Part shown: piece after piece, positions 23,219 through 35,333 of the stretch | Layout of the letters: each line of letters begins with the position of its first letter | Numbering within the stretch: position 1 is the first letter of the stretch | DNA from: Blastocladiella emersonii ATCC 22665 | Taxonomy: Eukaryota > Fungi > Blastocladiomycota | Assembly (NCBI GenBank): GCA_025594325.1 | Contig: JANHCV010000015.1 | Coordinates: forward strand, 62,001 to 126,000 | DNA length: 64,000 bases | Reading direction: 5' to 3' | Position numbers and translations under genes: made by a program | Notes under the pieces: model-generated | Told to the model about the DNA's origin: nothing | Database searches by the model: none | The model's input: only the letters and a program-made list of their open reading frames with translations

Positions 23219-24070
23219 ATGGCATGCATCTCGTCGCTACGCTGCGCCGCTGCGCTACACGCCCGTGCCGTGCCCGCCGTCGCCGTTGCCGTCCTCGCCA
23301 CCATGCATCGTCACCGCTTTCGTCGTCGCCAAATGCATCAACACCTCGCTGTCGTCACTCGCCTGACCGTCCGCCGTGCCGTCGTGCCACCGTAGGCAGA
23401 GTTCATGCACTGTTGGACTTGCCGAGCGCACGCACGGCGGATGGTTTCGGGTGACCACCTTGCATTTTCGACATCTCGGACTGCTGAGCGACTGCTGGAT
23501 GGCACTGCGTGGGGTCCCTACGCTCGTCCGATTTCTGGCCAACGACGCTCTAGCGGACCTCTGGACGTCGTTACGACGACCAAATGCACGACGACGACGG
23601 CTGCGACGATGCATGCGCGAAGCGTGCAAACGACGGCGCGGCACGCACGCGAGCGCGCCCGCAAGACGAGTCGAGAGGGTCGCGCTAACAGCTCCGCTGC
23701 GCGCCCGGAAAAACTGTAGACCCAGAAGCGGAGAAACAACGGTCGCTCGAAGCACGGCCGCGGCCACGTCAAGCCGGTGCGCTGCTCGAACTGCCGCCGC
23801 TGCTGCCCCAAGGACAAGGCCATCAAGCGCTTCATCATCCGCCCGATGATCGAGGCCGCGGCCATCCGTGACATGAAGGAGGCGTCGGTCTACGAGGAGT
23901 TTGTCGTGCCCAAGCTCTACGTCAAGATCCACTACTGCATCTCGTGCGCCATCCACGCCCACATTGTCCGCGTCCGCTCGGCCGAGGGCCGCCGCAACCG
24001 CGCCCCGCCCCAGCGCTTCCGGTACAAGGACGGCAAGAAGATCGTCCCCGGCGCCGAGAAGAAGAACTAA
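23219..24070 (+). CDS. RPS26: 40S ribosomal protein S26 (eS26); exon 2 is certain, exon 1 (ATG only) is inferred
   Basis: Exon from 23720: [25 protein letters not shown]...PKDKAIKRF...YCISCAIH. Branch point GCTAAC at about 23684, acceptor AG at 23718-23719. Most plausible ATG is 23219 (caaccATG); alternative 23441. Confidence 0.9.
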
Positions 24071-25160
24071 GCCGGCGGGTGGTGGCCTCGAACATGTCCG
24101 GCGCGCGTTTGTGAGGGTGCGGGGGTGTCGGTGGTGTGTGTGCTGTCTGCGGGTGGGCGGCGCTTGATGGTCCTCGCGGTTCGTCGGGCGTGCGGCTCAC
24201 GCGTGGGTCCGCATCGGCGGCGTCTTCCCCCTTGCCGTGCTCTTGATTGCCCTACCTAATTTGATGGAAGTTCTTTCGTCTCTCTTGCATGTCTCCCTCG
24301 TGTGACGTGTTCTTGGCCAGGATCGCATCGGCTTCTCCCGCGACCACTGCTATCTCACTCGACATGGCGATCGTCGCCGTGCGTGACGCGTCTTCTCCCG
24401 CGACCAAGTTCTCGGCGTCGTTCTCTCACCCAACTTGGCGATTGTCGCCGTAGACGCGACGACGCGACGCGACGCGTTCTGAAGTGACTTGGCCATGAGT
24501 CGTGCATGACTCCAGGTCGGCGTGGCGCAGGCTCAGCGGCTCAGCGGAGCGGTGAGAGACAGAGTGGCGTGAGATCAGCTGAGTGGGGGCGCACTTCTCG
24601 ACACGGCATGTGGGAGCGCTGCGCCGGCCGGCGGCGACGCCCCGCCGCCCTGCCCGCCCGTGATCTCTCCCTCTCCCCCCCTCTCCCCTCATCGACCCTC
24701 AGCAACCGCGCCTTGCCCGTCGCTACACCCGACCTGGGCACCGCCCCCCTGCACTCTGCCGCCTCTCGATGTCCCTCGGCCCCGTCGCCCCCCACTGCCT
24801 GCCCGCCGCCGTCCGCCGCCCCGTCTACTGCCCCGCCCAGCACTGCGTGGGCGAGCCTCCCTGACGGGTCTAGTACTCCATCCGTGAACCGACTGCGCCT
24901 GCACCGCCCGCCCGGCTGAGCGACTGCACTGCGCCGCGCACACACACGCATCGACTATAACCTCCAAAAACCCCTCTCCAACAAGCTACACTTGCGGCTC
25001 GCCCGTACCCCCTTCTACCCACCCGCGCAGCTCGATCCCGTTGCTGCTGCTGCGTCCTCCTGCACACGCACCCTCACCGTCCTGCATCCCTGCCAGCGAC
25101 CCGCGCCTCAGGTCCCTCGCTACACCAACTACCCTACCCCCTACCCATCCCCCCTCCAAG

Positions 25161-25970
25161 ATGGCCGTCCCCGCCACGCCCGCGCCGACGGAGCGCATCC
25201 AGCCGACGTCGTACCTGGCGCGCATGTTCTCGGTGGTGGAGCGGCGCGACCTGCGTTTCGTGATCTGCGACTGCCCGTCCGACTCGACGCTGCCGGCGGT
25301 CCTCAAGGTGTTCCAGCAGCACGGCGTCACGGACGTGGTGCGCGTGTGCGAGCCGACGTACGCCACGGCGCCGCTGGCCGCGGCGGGCATCACGGTGCAC
25401 GACCTGCCGTTCCGCGACGGCGGCGTGCCGAGCTCGGCGCACCTCGCCCGCTTCCTCGCCATCGTGCGCTCGCCGCCGCCCGCCCACCAGCCGGCGCCGG
25501 GCGCACCGAAACGCACGATCGCCGTGCACTGCATCGCGGGCCTCGGCCGCGCACCGCTCATGGTCGCGGTGGCGCTCATCGAGGACGGCATGCCCGCGCT
25601 CGACGCCGTCGAGTACATCCGGTCGCGCCGCCGCGGCGCCTTCAACACGGCCCAGGTCAAGTTCCTCGACGCCTACAAGCCGACGTCGTCGTCCTCGGCC
25701 ATCCCGCTCGCGGGGACCGCCTCGGGCGCCATGGACGGCATGGTCCGCAGACTCCGCCGGTCGCGCTCGCACGACTCGTCGGTCGTCGCCGCTGACGGCG
25801 CCGCCGGCGGCCGCCCCGCGAGCCCCTCGGTCGGATCCATGTGGCGCCGCATGATCAACTCGCTCCGCCGTCGCCGCTCCGACCCCGACGCGCTCGCGGC
25901 GTCTGCGGCCGCGGCAGCGCCGGCACCCGCAGCGGCGGCGACGACGGCGGGGTCGGTCGCGGTTGCGTGA
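25161..25970 (+). CDS. PRL/PTP4A-type dual-specificity phosphatase
   Basis: RFVICDCPS, GVTDVVRVCEPTY, DLPFRDGGVP, AVHCIAGLGRAPLMVAVALIE, AVEYIRSRRRGAFN. Confidence 0.9.
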   Translation: MAVPATPAPTERIQPTSYLARMFSVVERRDLRFVICDCPSDSTLPAVLKVFQQHGVTDVVRVCEPTYATAPLAAAGITVHDLPFRDGGVPSSAHLARFLAIVRSPPPAHQPAPGAPKRTIAVHCIAGLGRAPLMVAVALIEDGMPALDAVEYIRSRRRGAFNTAQVKFLDAYKPTSSSSAIPLAGTASGAMDGMVRRLRRSRSHDSSVVAADGAAGGRPASPSVGSMWRRMINSLRRRRSDPDALAASAAAAAPAPAAAATTAGSVAVA

Positions 25971-26317
25971 ACGACGGTGACGATGATGATGTATCCTTTG
26001 TGTGTTACCATTAGGAATAGACCGAATCCTCCGCATTCCTAGCTCTCTCTGTGTGTTCCTCGTGCTCGCGTCCCCACACTCTTCTTCGCCGCGATGAGTC
26101 TTGTGCCTTCCCTCGCCGCCATGAGATGATCTGCGCACCCGAATCCGGTGAAGCGCTGAGCCACTCGACTAAACGACACGAATAGACGGCCGGGCATGGC
26201 GCCATGGCAACGGGCCGGTGACCGCGCCCACACACGCAGCCGACGCGTCCCTTTGCGCGCGATCCCTTGCCGCTCTCACGCTCCCCCACCGATCCCTTGC
26301 AACGCATCAACAAAGTC

Positions 26318-27660
26318 ATGTCAGCAACCCCACCCAGCTCAGCCCCCGCGCCCGAGCGCTACGCGCTGGCCATGGGCGTCTCGGCGCTCGCGGGCCTGAG
26401 CACGGCCGTCGGCGCCGCGTCCGTGTGGTTCGGGTCGCTGCAGAACCCGCGGTTCCTCGCCATCAACCTCGCGCTCGCTGCCGGCGTCATGTTGTATGTG
26501 TCGGTCGTCGAGCTGTTCCGCGAGTCGGTCGTCGCGTACGAGGAGGTGTGGCCGGCGCACCCGAAGCGCGCGTACGCGGCCGCGACGGGCACGTTCTTTG
26601 CGGGGATCGTGTTCACGGTGATTCTCGACGCCGTCGTGCATAAGTTCCAGGACGCGATGCTGGGTGAGGACGCGGTCGATCACCACGCGCCGCCCATGTC
26701 GGTCCCGCCCGCGGCCGTGGGAACGGCGAACGCCGCCGCGCCCGTGGTCAAGGATACCGCGCACCGCGTCGCGATCCCGGTCTCCGCGTCTGCGGCTTCC
26801 GAGTCGGACGAGGTCACGGCGGCCCTGGGCCTCGTGCCGACCACCGACAGCAGCTCCGCCAGCCTGCCGATCGCGACCCCGCCGCTGCCCGTCGCCGCGG
26901 CGGACGCCGAGCCCCGCCACCGCCGCCCGACGCGCGCGCGCAGCGTGTCGCCCGACTCGCACACCGACTCGGTCGTCTCGCTCACGGGGTCCGTGAACCG
27001 CGCTGCGGCCGCGGCGGGCGGGGCGCCCGCGTTGACCGAGGACGCGGAGGCGACGCGCGCGCGGTTGCTCCGGACTGCGTTGATTACGGGGCTTGCGATT
27101 ACGATTCATAACTTGGTACGCTCGGACGGGATGGGCTTGGTTGAGAGGTGCTGATTCTCGCTGTTGGGTAGCCCGAGGGCCTCACGACGTTTGTCTCTAT
27201 GGCGCACTCGCCGGCGTCGGGGCTCCCGCTCGCCGTGGCCATTGCCATCCACAACGTACCTGCGCTCCTCGCCGTCCCGCTCTCCCCTCGCGAACTCACC
27301 CCCTCGCCCATGTAGATCCCGGAGGGCACCTGCGTCGCGGTCCCGATCCTGTACGCGACGGGTTCGCGGTGGAGAGCCTTTCTGTGGGGCACCGTGACGG
27401 GTCTGACGGAACCGCTGGGCGCGGCCATCGGCTGGGCGATCCTGGCCGGGTCGGGCGCCGACCAGCACACGCTGACGGCCGTGTACGCGGTCCTGTTCGG
27501 CGCCATCGCGGGGTGCATGACGTACGTCAGCGTCGGCGAGCTGCTCCCGACGGCGCTCGCGTACCACCCGGCCGCGCAGAAGGAGGTCATTGCCAGCGTT
27601 TTCGTTGGAATGGCGATCATGGCGAGCTCGCTCGTGTTGTTTGCCATGGCCGAGGAGTAG
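26318..27660 (+). CDS. ZIP-family (ZupT/GufA-like) zinc/iron permease, multi-exon
   Basis: LAAGVMLYVSVVEL, GLAITIHNL/PEGL, AIAIHNVPEG, GLTEPLGAAIG, AIAGCMTYVSVGELLPTA; several TM segments; short introns near 27115-27170 and 27258-27315. Confidence 0.92.
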
Positions 27661-27925
27661 CGATGATGAATATCTGTTTACGAACCTAGGCTTTGAGGGA
27701 CTTGCTTCAGTGCGACGCGAAGCCCATCACGCGATGATCGCGCTTGACCATGGCCGCGGCCACGGCAATGGTCCGTCGTCGTCCCCTCGGCGGCCGCAGT
27801 CGTTCATCATGGCCGGACCGTCGCACACTGTAGCCTTGAGCACCGCCGACCTCCCACAAGCTCGTATTGATGGTCAAAATCAGTCAATTGTACTCGGCGG
27901 AGACCCTCGACCCCGCCCGTCCTCT

Positions 27926-30054
27926 TCAATCAAGGACCATCCCCTCGACCGCGCGCATCAACGCCGCATCCACAACCCCACCACCCCTCTGCCTCTCCGC
28001 CTCCGCCTCGGCCGCCGCCATCTCATTGACCGCCGCGATCCGCCCATGCACCCTCCGCTCGCGGCGCGGGATCCACGCCGCGACGGCCTGGAGCGTGGCG
28101 CGGTGCGCGAGCCCGAGGACCGCGCCCGCGCCGACCGATAGGACGAGGTTGTGCAGGGCGTCGGCGCACTTGTCGCGGACCTCGCTCGCGAACCCGGCGT
28201 CGTCGCGATCCCCCAAACCCTTGCTGAGCGCAGCGGGCCCGAGACCCAGCGCGAGCCCGCGGATCAGGAGCGACGCGAGATCGCCGCGCTCTTCGACCTC
28301 GGGGTCGCTGCGCCCGCACCGCGCGAGGAGAAGGGCCGCGGTATCCGGCGCGTGCGTCGCCGTGACGTTGGCGAGCCCCCACGCGGCCTCGCGCGCCGCG
28401 CGCAGATCGCCTCCACCCCCGCCCCCGCTGCCCGCGACCGCCATCTCGAGGACCACGCGCCACAGCGCCGGCACCGCGGCGTCCCCGAGCACACGGCGCA
28501 CGGTGTCCGCGGGGTCGGCGGCCGCCGCGAGGTTCGACAGCGCGAGGAGGGCCTCGCGGGCGAACGCGGGCGGGACGGCGCGCGGCGCGAATGCCGTGAC
28601 CCAGAGCGCGGCGGCTTCGGAGACGTGCGCGGCGGGGTCGTCGGGCAGCGCGACGGCGGGCGGGAGACGGTTTGCGAGACCTAGACCGACGCGCGCGAGC
28701 TCGTACAGGGCCGGGACCGCGCCGGCGGCAACGAGCATGGCCGAGTGCGGGTCGTCGCCCGACGCGATGTTGGTGAGGGCGCGCAGGACGGGGGTGCGCA
28801 GGCGCGTCGCGTCGTCGGGCGACAGGTCTGGGAAGCGTTCGAGGCGGAGGAGCTGCATCAGGCGGTGGCACAGCGCGGGGGTGATGGGCGAGCCGATGGA
28901 CGAGGTCGACGAGGGCGCGGAGAAGACGGCGGGCGCCGCGGTCGAGATGCCCTCGTCGTCGGAGGCGAGAGAGAGGGAGAGGGCCTCCTCGGCGGCAAAC
29001 ACGCCGACGCCGTGCAGGATGCGCGACAGGCCCCAGCACGCGTCCACGACCGTGTCGAGGTCGCGGTGCGCGAGCATCTCGACGAGGATCGGGAACAGCG
29101 GCGCGAGCTATACGCGCGGGCGACGCGTTAGTTGCGTGTTCGAGCGGGACTCGGAGGACGAGGAAACGTACGTTGATCCACTCGGCGGGCGCGCGGGTCC
29201 CACGACACAGGTTCGCCATGAGCCACGCGGTGATACGCGCGACGGGGACGAGCGAGGCCGGCAGCTCCCACTCCTCCTCTTCATCCTCCCCCTCACCACT
29301 CCCCCGCCGCACGGGTGGCGGCTGCGACGGCGGCGGCGGCGGGGCGAGGTACGCGCCGTAAAACTCAACGATGGCGGGGACCACGCCCGCGGCGACGACC
29401 GCGTTGCGCAGCGCCGGTCCATCGCCGGCCACGTTCCCGAGACACCAGGCGGCCTGGACGCGGACATCGAGGGCGGGGTTCTTGGCGACGTGGTGGACGA
29501 GCGCGTGGAGCGCGCCGGGAACGCCCGCGACGGCGGCGGTCTGGGCGGACGTGCCGGCGCAGATGTTGGTCAGGACCCAGCACAGCTCGTAGTGCAGCAG
29601 CGCGTCGTCGAGCGGGGCGCCGCCCAGCAGCGCGACCAGCGAGTCGGTGCGGTCGAGCGCCAGCACGTTGTCGACGGCGGATGCGACGCGGTCTACACGC
29701 CCAATGAGTCAGTCTCTGGTCACGCGACGTTCCCACCAAAAGTAACGGACCGAGCGACAGGTACCGGCGGATCTGGACGACGGCGTTGTACGCGTAGTCG
29801 CGCACGCCGCTGTCGATGGCGGCCGTCACGGCGTGCCGGTGGTACGGCAGCAGGTGCGCGATGGCGTGCACGTCGACCGCGTCCGCGCTATCGCCGCCGA
29901 GCCCGCTCCGGTCCAGCGAGATGTGCGCAAACTTGCGGTGGATCGCGTCCAGCACGTCGTCGGCCGAGGAGGAGGAGGACGACGCCGTGTCCCCGTGGCG
30001 CGACGCGCGCGCGGGGTGGTGTTGGCTTGGTTGTGGTGAGCGCAGCATGGTCAA
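27926..30054 (-). CDS. Divergent importin-alpha-like armadillo-repeat protein, 3 exons
   Basis: YELCWVLTNICAGTS, QAAWCLGNVAGDGPALRNAV, AWLMANLCRG, DACWGLSRI, LRALTNIASG, EALLALSNLAA, EAAWGLANVT; introns about 29761-29693 and 29171-29108. Confidence 0.75.
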
Positions 30055-30471
30055 GACTGGTTCATGGATGGCAGCGGTGCATAGAGAGGAGGGAGGGAGA
30101 GGCTTAGTCGGTCAGGAGAGGGGGCGGACGGACGGACGCGATGGCGACGCGACCGACCGACCGTGGGACGGCCATCGGGCGTGTCCGCGCGCGCGCCTCC
30201 CTTCCACCTCAGCGTGCGAACGGTTCTTCCGAGGGCAGGCAGGCGGGTGCAGCAAGTGCTGCAAGGGACCGTGGGAAGGAACCCCACGTGTTGCTGCAGC
30301 GGAGAGTGGCGCACCTCATTCACGCGTGACGTCTCCCGGGCCGCCGCGCTGGTTTTGTCTCCCCGCCACTTGCGCGCCGCGCCACACTTCATCTTGCTTC
30401 GGGCCTCGCTTCTCCTCCTCCCCTCCCCACGCAACCACCCACTACACGCAAACGCAACGCATCACACCACC

Positions 30472-31075
30472 ATGGCCGACGCATCCAAACCCGGCGCGAC
30501 CAGCGAGCCGCGCGCCGAGAAGCTCAACACGATCCAGAAGAACGCGATCCTCGAGGAGACGATCCGCAAGGAGATGCGCCGCCACGAGCTCTACGACCAC
30601 TACATGATGTCGCCCAACATCAAGAAGAACCTGGTCCTCACCGCCAAGCCCAACACCACCAACGTGCTGCCCAAGGCCGAGGACGGCGACCGTACGCTTC
30701 GTTGCGCGGTGTCATCGTTCTCGAGTCTCGCTCACACCGCCCCGCAACGTGTAGCCGAGTACAAGGCTTTCGCCGAGAAACTCGCCAAGACGCCGCGCGA
30801 AAAGTACAAGGCGCCGCAGACCACGAGCCAGGAGTACTTTTGGCACACGACGCAGCTGGTGCGTCTCCCTTCCCTCCCTTCACTCGCGCCGACCGACCGA
30901 CCGACACACCTCGCCCCGCCCCGTAGATGCCCGAGAACCTCGCCAACCCGCTCTTCCACCACCCGCGCAAGAGCTCTGAGATCACAAAGTTCTACCGCTC
31001 CGCCAAGTGAGCTGACGATCCCTCGCCGCCCGCGCTGCCCGAACCGAACCCGTCGATAGACACAAAGATTCATAG
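30472..31075 (+). CDS. FAM183/CFAP144-like cilia/flagella-associated protein, 4 exons
   Basis: NAILEETIRKEMR, TAKPN, PREKYKAPQTTSQEYFW, FHHPRKSSEITKF resemble the FAM183 family; three short GT-AG introns. Confidence 0.7.
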
Positions 31076-31292
31076 AGATCCACGTCACCGCGAAGCCGCG
31101 GCCCCGTGGTGCGCGAGCGCGTGTATTGCCTGACGAGAGTGAGCACCGAGATGCCCGAGCGAGAGAGAAGGAAGGGGAAGGGAAGGGGACAAGACACGCC
31201 GCGCGCCGACGCCCGATCCGCACCCACGCACGCCCGAAAGCGAGCGCGGTGCTGGACCAGGATGGCAAAAAGACAGCCCACGCAGCACCGCC

Positions 31293-33078
31293 TCAGTCGC
31301 GGCGCGGCTGCTGCAGTTCCCGACGCGGCTGGTGGTACGCCTGCGCGTACCCGGCGGGCCCGCTGGCGGGACCGTACCCGGCGCTGCCGCCGACGCCGCC
31401 GCCCGCGCCGTTGCTGTGCATGGGCGGGCCGCCGCGGCCGCCGCGCGGCTGCTGCTGCTGGTAGTACTGCTGCTGCTGCTGGCCGGAGCCGGAGCCGGAC
31501 CGCTGCGGGTACTGGGGCGGGTGCTGGCGGTAGCTGCCGCCGTGTCCGTGCCCGTGCCCGTGACCGCCGCTGCCGTAGTGCTGCTGCTGCTGGGTGGCCG
31601 CCGTCGCCGCGGCAGCGGCGCGATCGGGCTGCTGGGGCGACTCCTCCTGCATCGAGGGCGCCACGTACAGGGACTTGTCGATGGTGGAGGGGATCGGCCC
31701 GATCTCGGTGCCGAGCTCGGTCTCGATGCGGTACAGGTTGAACCGGTCCTCGTACGTGAGCAGGTTGATGGCGACACCCAGGTGGCCGAACCGCCCCGAC
31801 CGGCCGATGCGGTGGAGGTACGTCTCGGCGTTCTTGGGGAAGTCAAAGTTGATGACGACGTTGACGGCCTGGATGTCGATGCCGCGGGTGAGCAGGTCCG
31901 AGCACACGAGGTTGCGGCACACGCCGTTGCGGAAGTCGTGGAACACGCGGTTGCGGTGCGCCTGCGGCATGCGCGCGTGGATGTAGAAGCACGAGTACCC
32001 GAGCTCCGTGATCTTCTTGGCCAGCAGCTCGACGCGGTTCGTCGAGTTGCAGAAGATGATCGACTGGTTGATCTGCAGCTTGGAGAAGAGCGTGTTGAGG
32101 CAGTGCACCTTTTGCCGCTCCTCGACAAAGGCGTAGTACTGCGTCACCCCCTTGAGCGTCAGGTCGTCCATGAGGTTGATCTCGTACGGCTGCTGCAGCC
32201 ACGTGTCCTTGAAGTCCTTGACCATGAGCGGGAACGTGGCCGAGAAGAGCATGATCTGGCGATCGGGCGGCAGGAACCCGAGCAGCGACTCGATCACGGG
32301 CTGGAACTCGGGCGACAGCAGCTTGTCGGCCTCGTCCATGACAAACGTCGCGCATTCGTCGAGGACCGCGACGCCCTTGCCCGCGAGATCGAGCAGGCGG
32401 CCGGGCGTGCCGACCAGCACGTGCACCGTGTCCTGCAGGCGCATGATGTCGTCCTTGAGCACGGTGCCGCCCGTGGTGACCATGACCTGGATGCCGAGGT
32501 GCTTGCCGAGCGTCTTGCACACCTGCGACGTCTGGAGGGCGAGCTCGCGCGTTGGGACGAGCAGCAGGGCCTGGATCTTCTTGCGCTGCGGGTTGAGCTT
32601 CTCGAGGGTCGGGATGATGAAAGCGGCCGTCTTGCCCGTGCCGTTCTTGGCGCGCGCGAGAATGTCGCGGCCGGCGAGCGCGATCGGGATGGCCTCCTCC
32701 TGGATGGGCGAGGGCCGCTCGAAGCCGGCCTCGAAGATGCCCATGAGCAGCTCGCGCTTGAGGTAGTAGTCCTCGAACTCGTTGCCCTTGGTCGCCAGCA
32801 CGTCGTCCGTCTGCGGGCGGTCGTCTGCTGGTGGCCGCTGCAGGCTGCGCTTCCACTCGGCCTCGCCCGCGGCGCCGTCGTCGCCGCCGCTGAGGGACAT
32901 CTGCGCGAGACCGTCGCCGTTGAGGATGTTGTCGGTGGTGGAGGCGTTGCTCTTGCTGTTGCTACGGATGGCGGGGGTGTCAGGGACGAGGAGGGGAAGG
33001 CGTCCGAGATGCGCGCAAAACGGACCGAGCAGCGCCGTTGGCTTTGCTACTGCTGGCGGAGGAGCGTGTTGCCGACAT
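31293..33078 (-). CDS. DHH1: DEAD-box RNA helicase Dhh1/DDX6
   Basis: [63 protein letters not shown]; Q/G-rich C-terminus; short first exon from ATG 33078. Confidence 0.97.
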
Positions 33079-33632
33079 GTTGGAGCAGTTGCTGATGTTG
33101 TTGTTGGTTGTGGTAGTAGGTGTACGTGTTGCTTGAACCGGCAAAGAAAGAGAGTCGCGCGTCACAAGGGGAAGGGTAGGACGCCGACGGCAGAGGAAAG
33201 AAGCGAGCAATCAAAAGTGGAGATAGGGGAGAGGAGGAGAACAGGTCGTCTTGCGGGCGAGACCAAACGCGAACGAGAGGGGGATGAGGTTCAACACACG
33301 CCAAAACGGGGAAGGCAGGGGGGAATCAGGACGGATTCGCGACTCGTAGGGGGGAGGATGCAGCAGCGATCACTACTCAAAGGCCGGACTAGGGCGGAGC
33401 AGGGCGCGCGCGCAGGGAGGTAGGTGGTGGCGAACCGACAAAGGAGAGCGGGGGAAGAGCGGGGTGCCGTGCGGAGAGCGACGGCAGCGTAGCAACGACG
33501 AGGGAGCGTGCGTGTAGACGCGTAGGGTAGGCTTGGATGCGAGGGTGGTTGGGTGGTGTGGCCGCGAACGAGCGAGCGGGCGAACGCGGCGAGAGCAGTG
33601 GCAGTTGGCGATTGACTTGACTTGGAGGGCCG

Positions 33633-33689
33633 GGCGCGAAAACGAGGCAGCCGCCGGGCGTGGATACGTTGCAGCAAGTGGCGGGAAAA
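33633..33689. promoter_or_regulatory. Two E2F/SCB-like sites in the divergent DHH1 / Cdc25-like promoter
   Basis: GGCGCGAAAA at 33633-33642 and GTGGCGGGAAAA at 33678-33689 (reverse complements match TTT[CG][CG]CGC). Sequence match only. Confidence 0.3.
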
Positions 33690-33963
33690 GTAGCGGGGGC
33701 CGCACACAAGGTTGGGTGAGGGGGGAGGGGAGGGGGCAGGTGAAGGCGACGCGCGGAACACAACGCGCGAAGGTCGCCGCCGACCACCGCCGACCACGCG
33801 CCCAGCCGAGCGAAAAACCAAGTCGTCAAGCCCCAAAAACCGCAAAACCGGCACGCGTTGCCGTCACCCGATGCCACGTGGCGGCTGCAGCCACGCGCCG
33901 CCGATCCCTTTCGCTTTCGCTTTCCTCGTCGCTCACGATTGGTCAACCAGCACCACGAAGCGA

Positions 33964-34395
33964 ATGCTCCGCACCGCCGTCATGTCCGCCATCAAGTCGA
34001 TGCAAGCGCCGGAGCTCGCCGCCATGGTGCGCGACAAGTCGCTGCGGCCGGGCCGCGACTACCTGGTCGTGGACGTGCGCGACGACGACTTCGTCGGCGG
34101 CAACATCCCGCACGCGCGCAACGTGCCGTCGCACACGCTGCACGACCCGGACGTGGCGGCCAAGCTCGCCGCCGACGTCAAGGACGTGCCCAAGCTCATC
34201 TTCCACTGCGCCCTGTCGCAGCAGCGCGGGCCCAAGGCCGCCATGTACATGGCCCGGCTCCTCGGCCCCGAGCGCACCGCCGAGATCTACGTCCTCATCG
34301 GCGGCTTCTCCAAGTGGCAGGACGCGTACAGCGACCAGCCCGACCTGCTCGAGAACTACGACGCCAAGATGTGGTCCAACGAGTGGTGGAACTAG
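33964..34395 (+). CDS. Single-domain rhodanese Cdc25-like phosphatase/arsenate reductase (Ych1/Ibp1/Acr2-like)
   Basis: YLVVDVRDDDFVGGNIPHA, LIFHCALSQQRGPKAA, IYVLIGGFSKW. Confidence 0.9.
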   Translation: MLRTAVMSAIKSMQAPELAAMVRDKSLRPGRDYLVVDVRDDDFVGGNIPHARNVPSHTLHDPDVAAKLAADVKDVPKLIFHCALSQQRGPKAAMYMARLLGPERTAEIYVLIGGFSKWQDAYSDQPDLLENYDAKMWSNEWWN

Positions 34396-35300
34396 GTCGG
34401 GGAGAGAGAACGTAACTGATAGACTGCATCCTTGCACCGACGTTGACCCGCGAGAGGAGCACGCTGGAGAGGGTTCCTTCCGTGGTTCGCGGGGAAGCGA
34501 TTCGCACCCGCCCCCACGTGTTCGCGGCCAACCGCTCTCGTTATGAATGAACTCAAAAGAACCCTGCACGAGGTGCGTGGGACTCGGTCATGCAGCACGG
34601 CACCCTGCTCGGTGTTCGCGGCAGCAGTCAGCGGGGCCGGGGTGGCTCAGGGGCCCGTGGCTTGGACACGTCTCCGTGTTTCGCTTCGGACCGCGTTGCG
34701 CCACACCCGGCCGCCGCGAACAAAGGGCTCCGACGAGCAGTAGAGTTCAGGAGTACCAAACTCCCTGGCCGCGACCTGGCGTGGATTCGTGGGGGTCGCC
34801 GCTGCCGTGCGGCACTCCGTCTCCCATCCGCGTACCCCTCCTTCACGCGGCCGCGGTCGCCGCTCTCAGAGCCCAGTTTCGTGTGGATCTGCGCGCACCG
34901 TTGAACGCGTCTCCTGGATTCCCAGATGCGCTGGGTGACGCGTCGCGACGTGTTGCGCCCCGATCGCGAAGACGCCGACCTCGTTGCCATCGCTCAAGCG
35001 CTGTGACCGCCGCCCCCGCGGCCGCCCGTCTCCCACTGCGCTTGTCAGCGCGGCGGCGGGAACGCATCCTGCTGCTCACAAGGTCGGGGTACGCGGGTCG
35101 CGGTCGGCCAAGTCAAGCGAATGTCGGTGTCCTCGCGGCCGCGGGAGTGGAAGACCTGCCGCCCTGCCGTGTCCGCGACCGCCTGCTGGTCTCGCTGCAC
35201 GCCTGGCCGCGGAACCGATAAATACCGGCCGCGTCCCCCGCTCCTCGACGTTAGATCAGTACCAGCAGCGACACAAGTAGCTCTCCCCCGCCCTCCCTAC

Positions 35301-35333
35301 ACCACCACCACCACCAGCACCACCAGCACCACC
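35301..35333 (+). repeat. (ACC/AGC)n microsatellite in a 5' UTR
   Basis: accaccaccaccaccagcaccaccagcaccacc directly before the ATG at 35334. Confidence 0.8.

Noticed and set aside
24200-25150. Long pyrimidine-rich stretch as a possible ncRNA or snoRNA
   Set aside because: No box C/D or H/ACA pair or tRNA cloverleaf recognised; more simply the promoter and 5' UTR of the PRL gene.
27867-30107. 746-aa plus-strand ORF
   Set aside because: Antisense shadow of the importin-alpha-like gene; Arg/Ala/Ser-rich with no motifs, as expected in high-GC DNA.
31332-33095. 587-aa plus-strand ORF
   Set aside because: Antisense shadow of DHH1.
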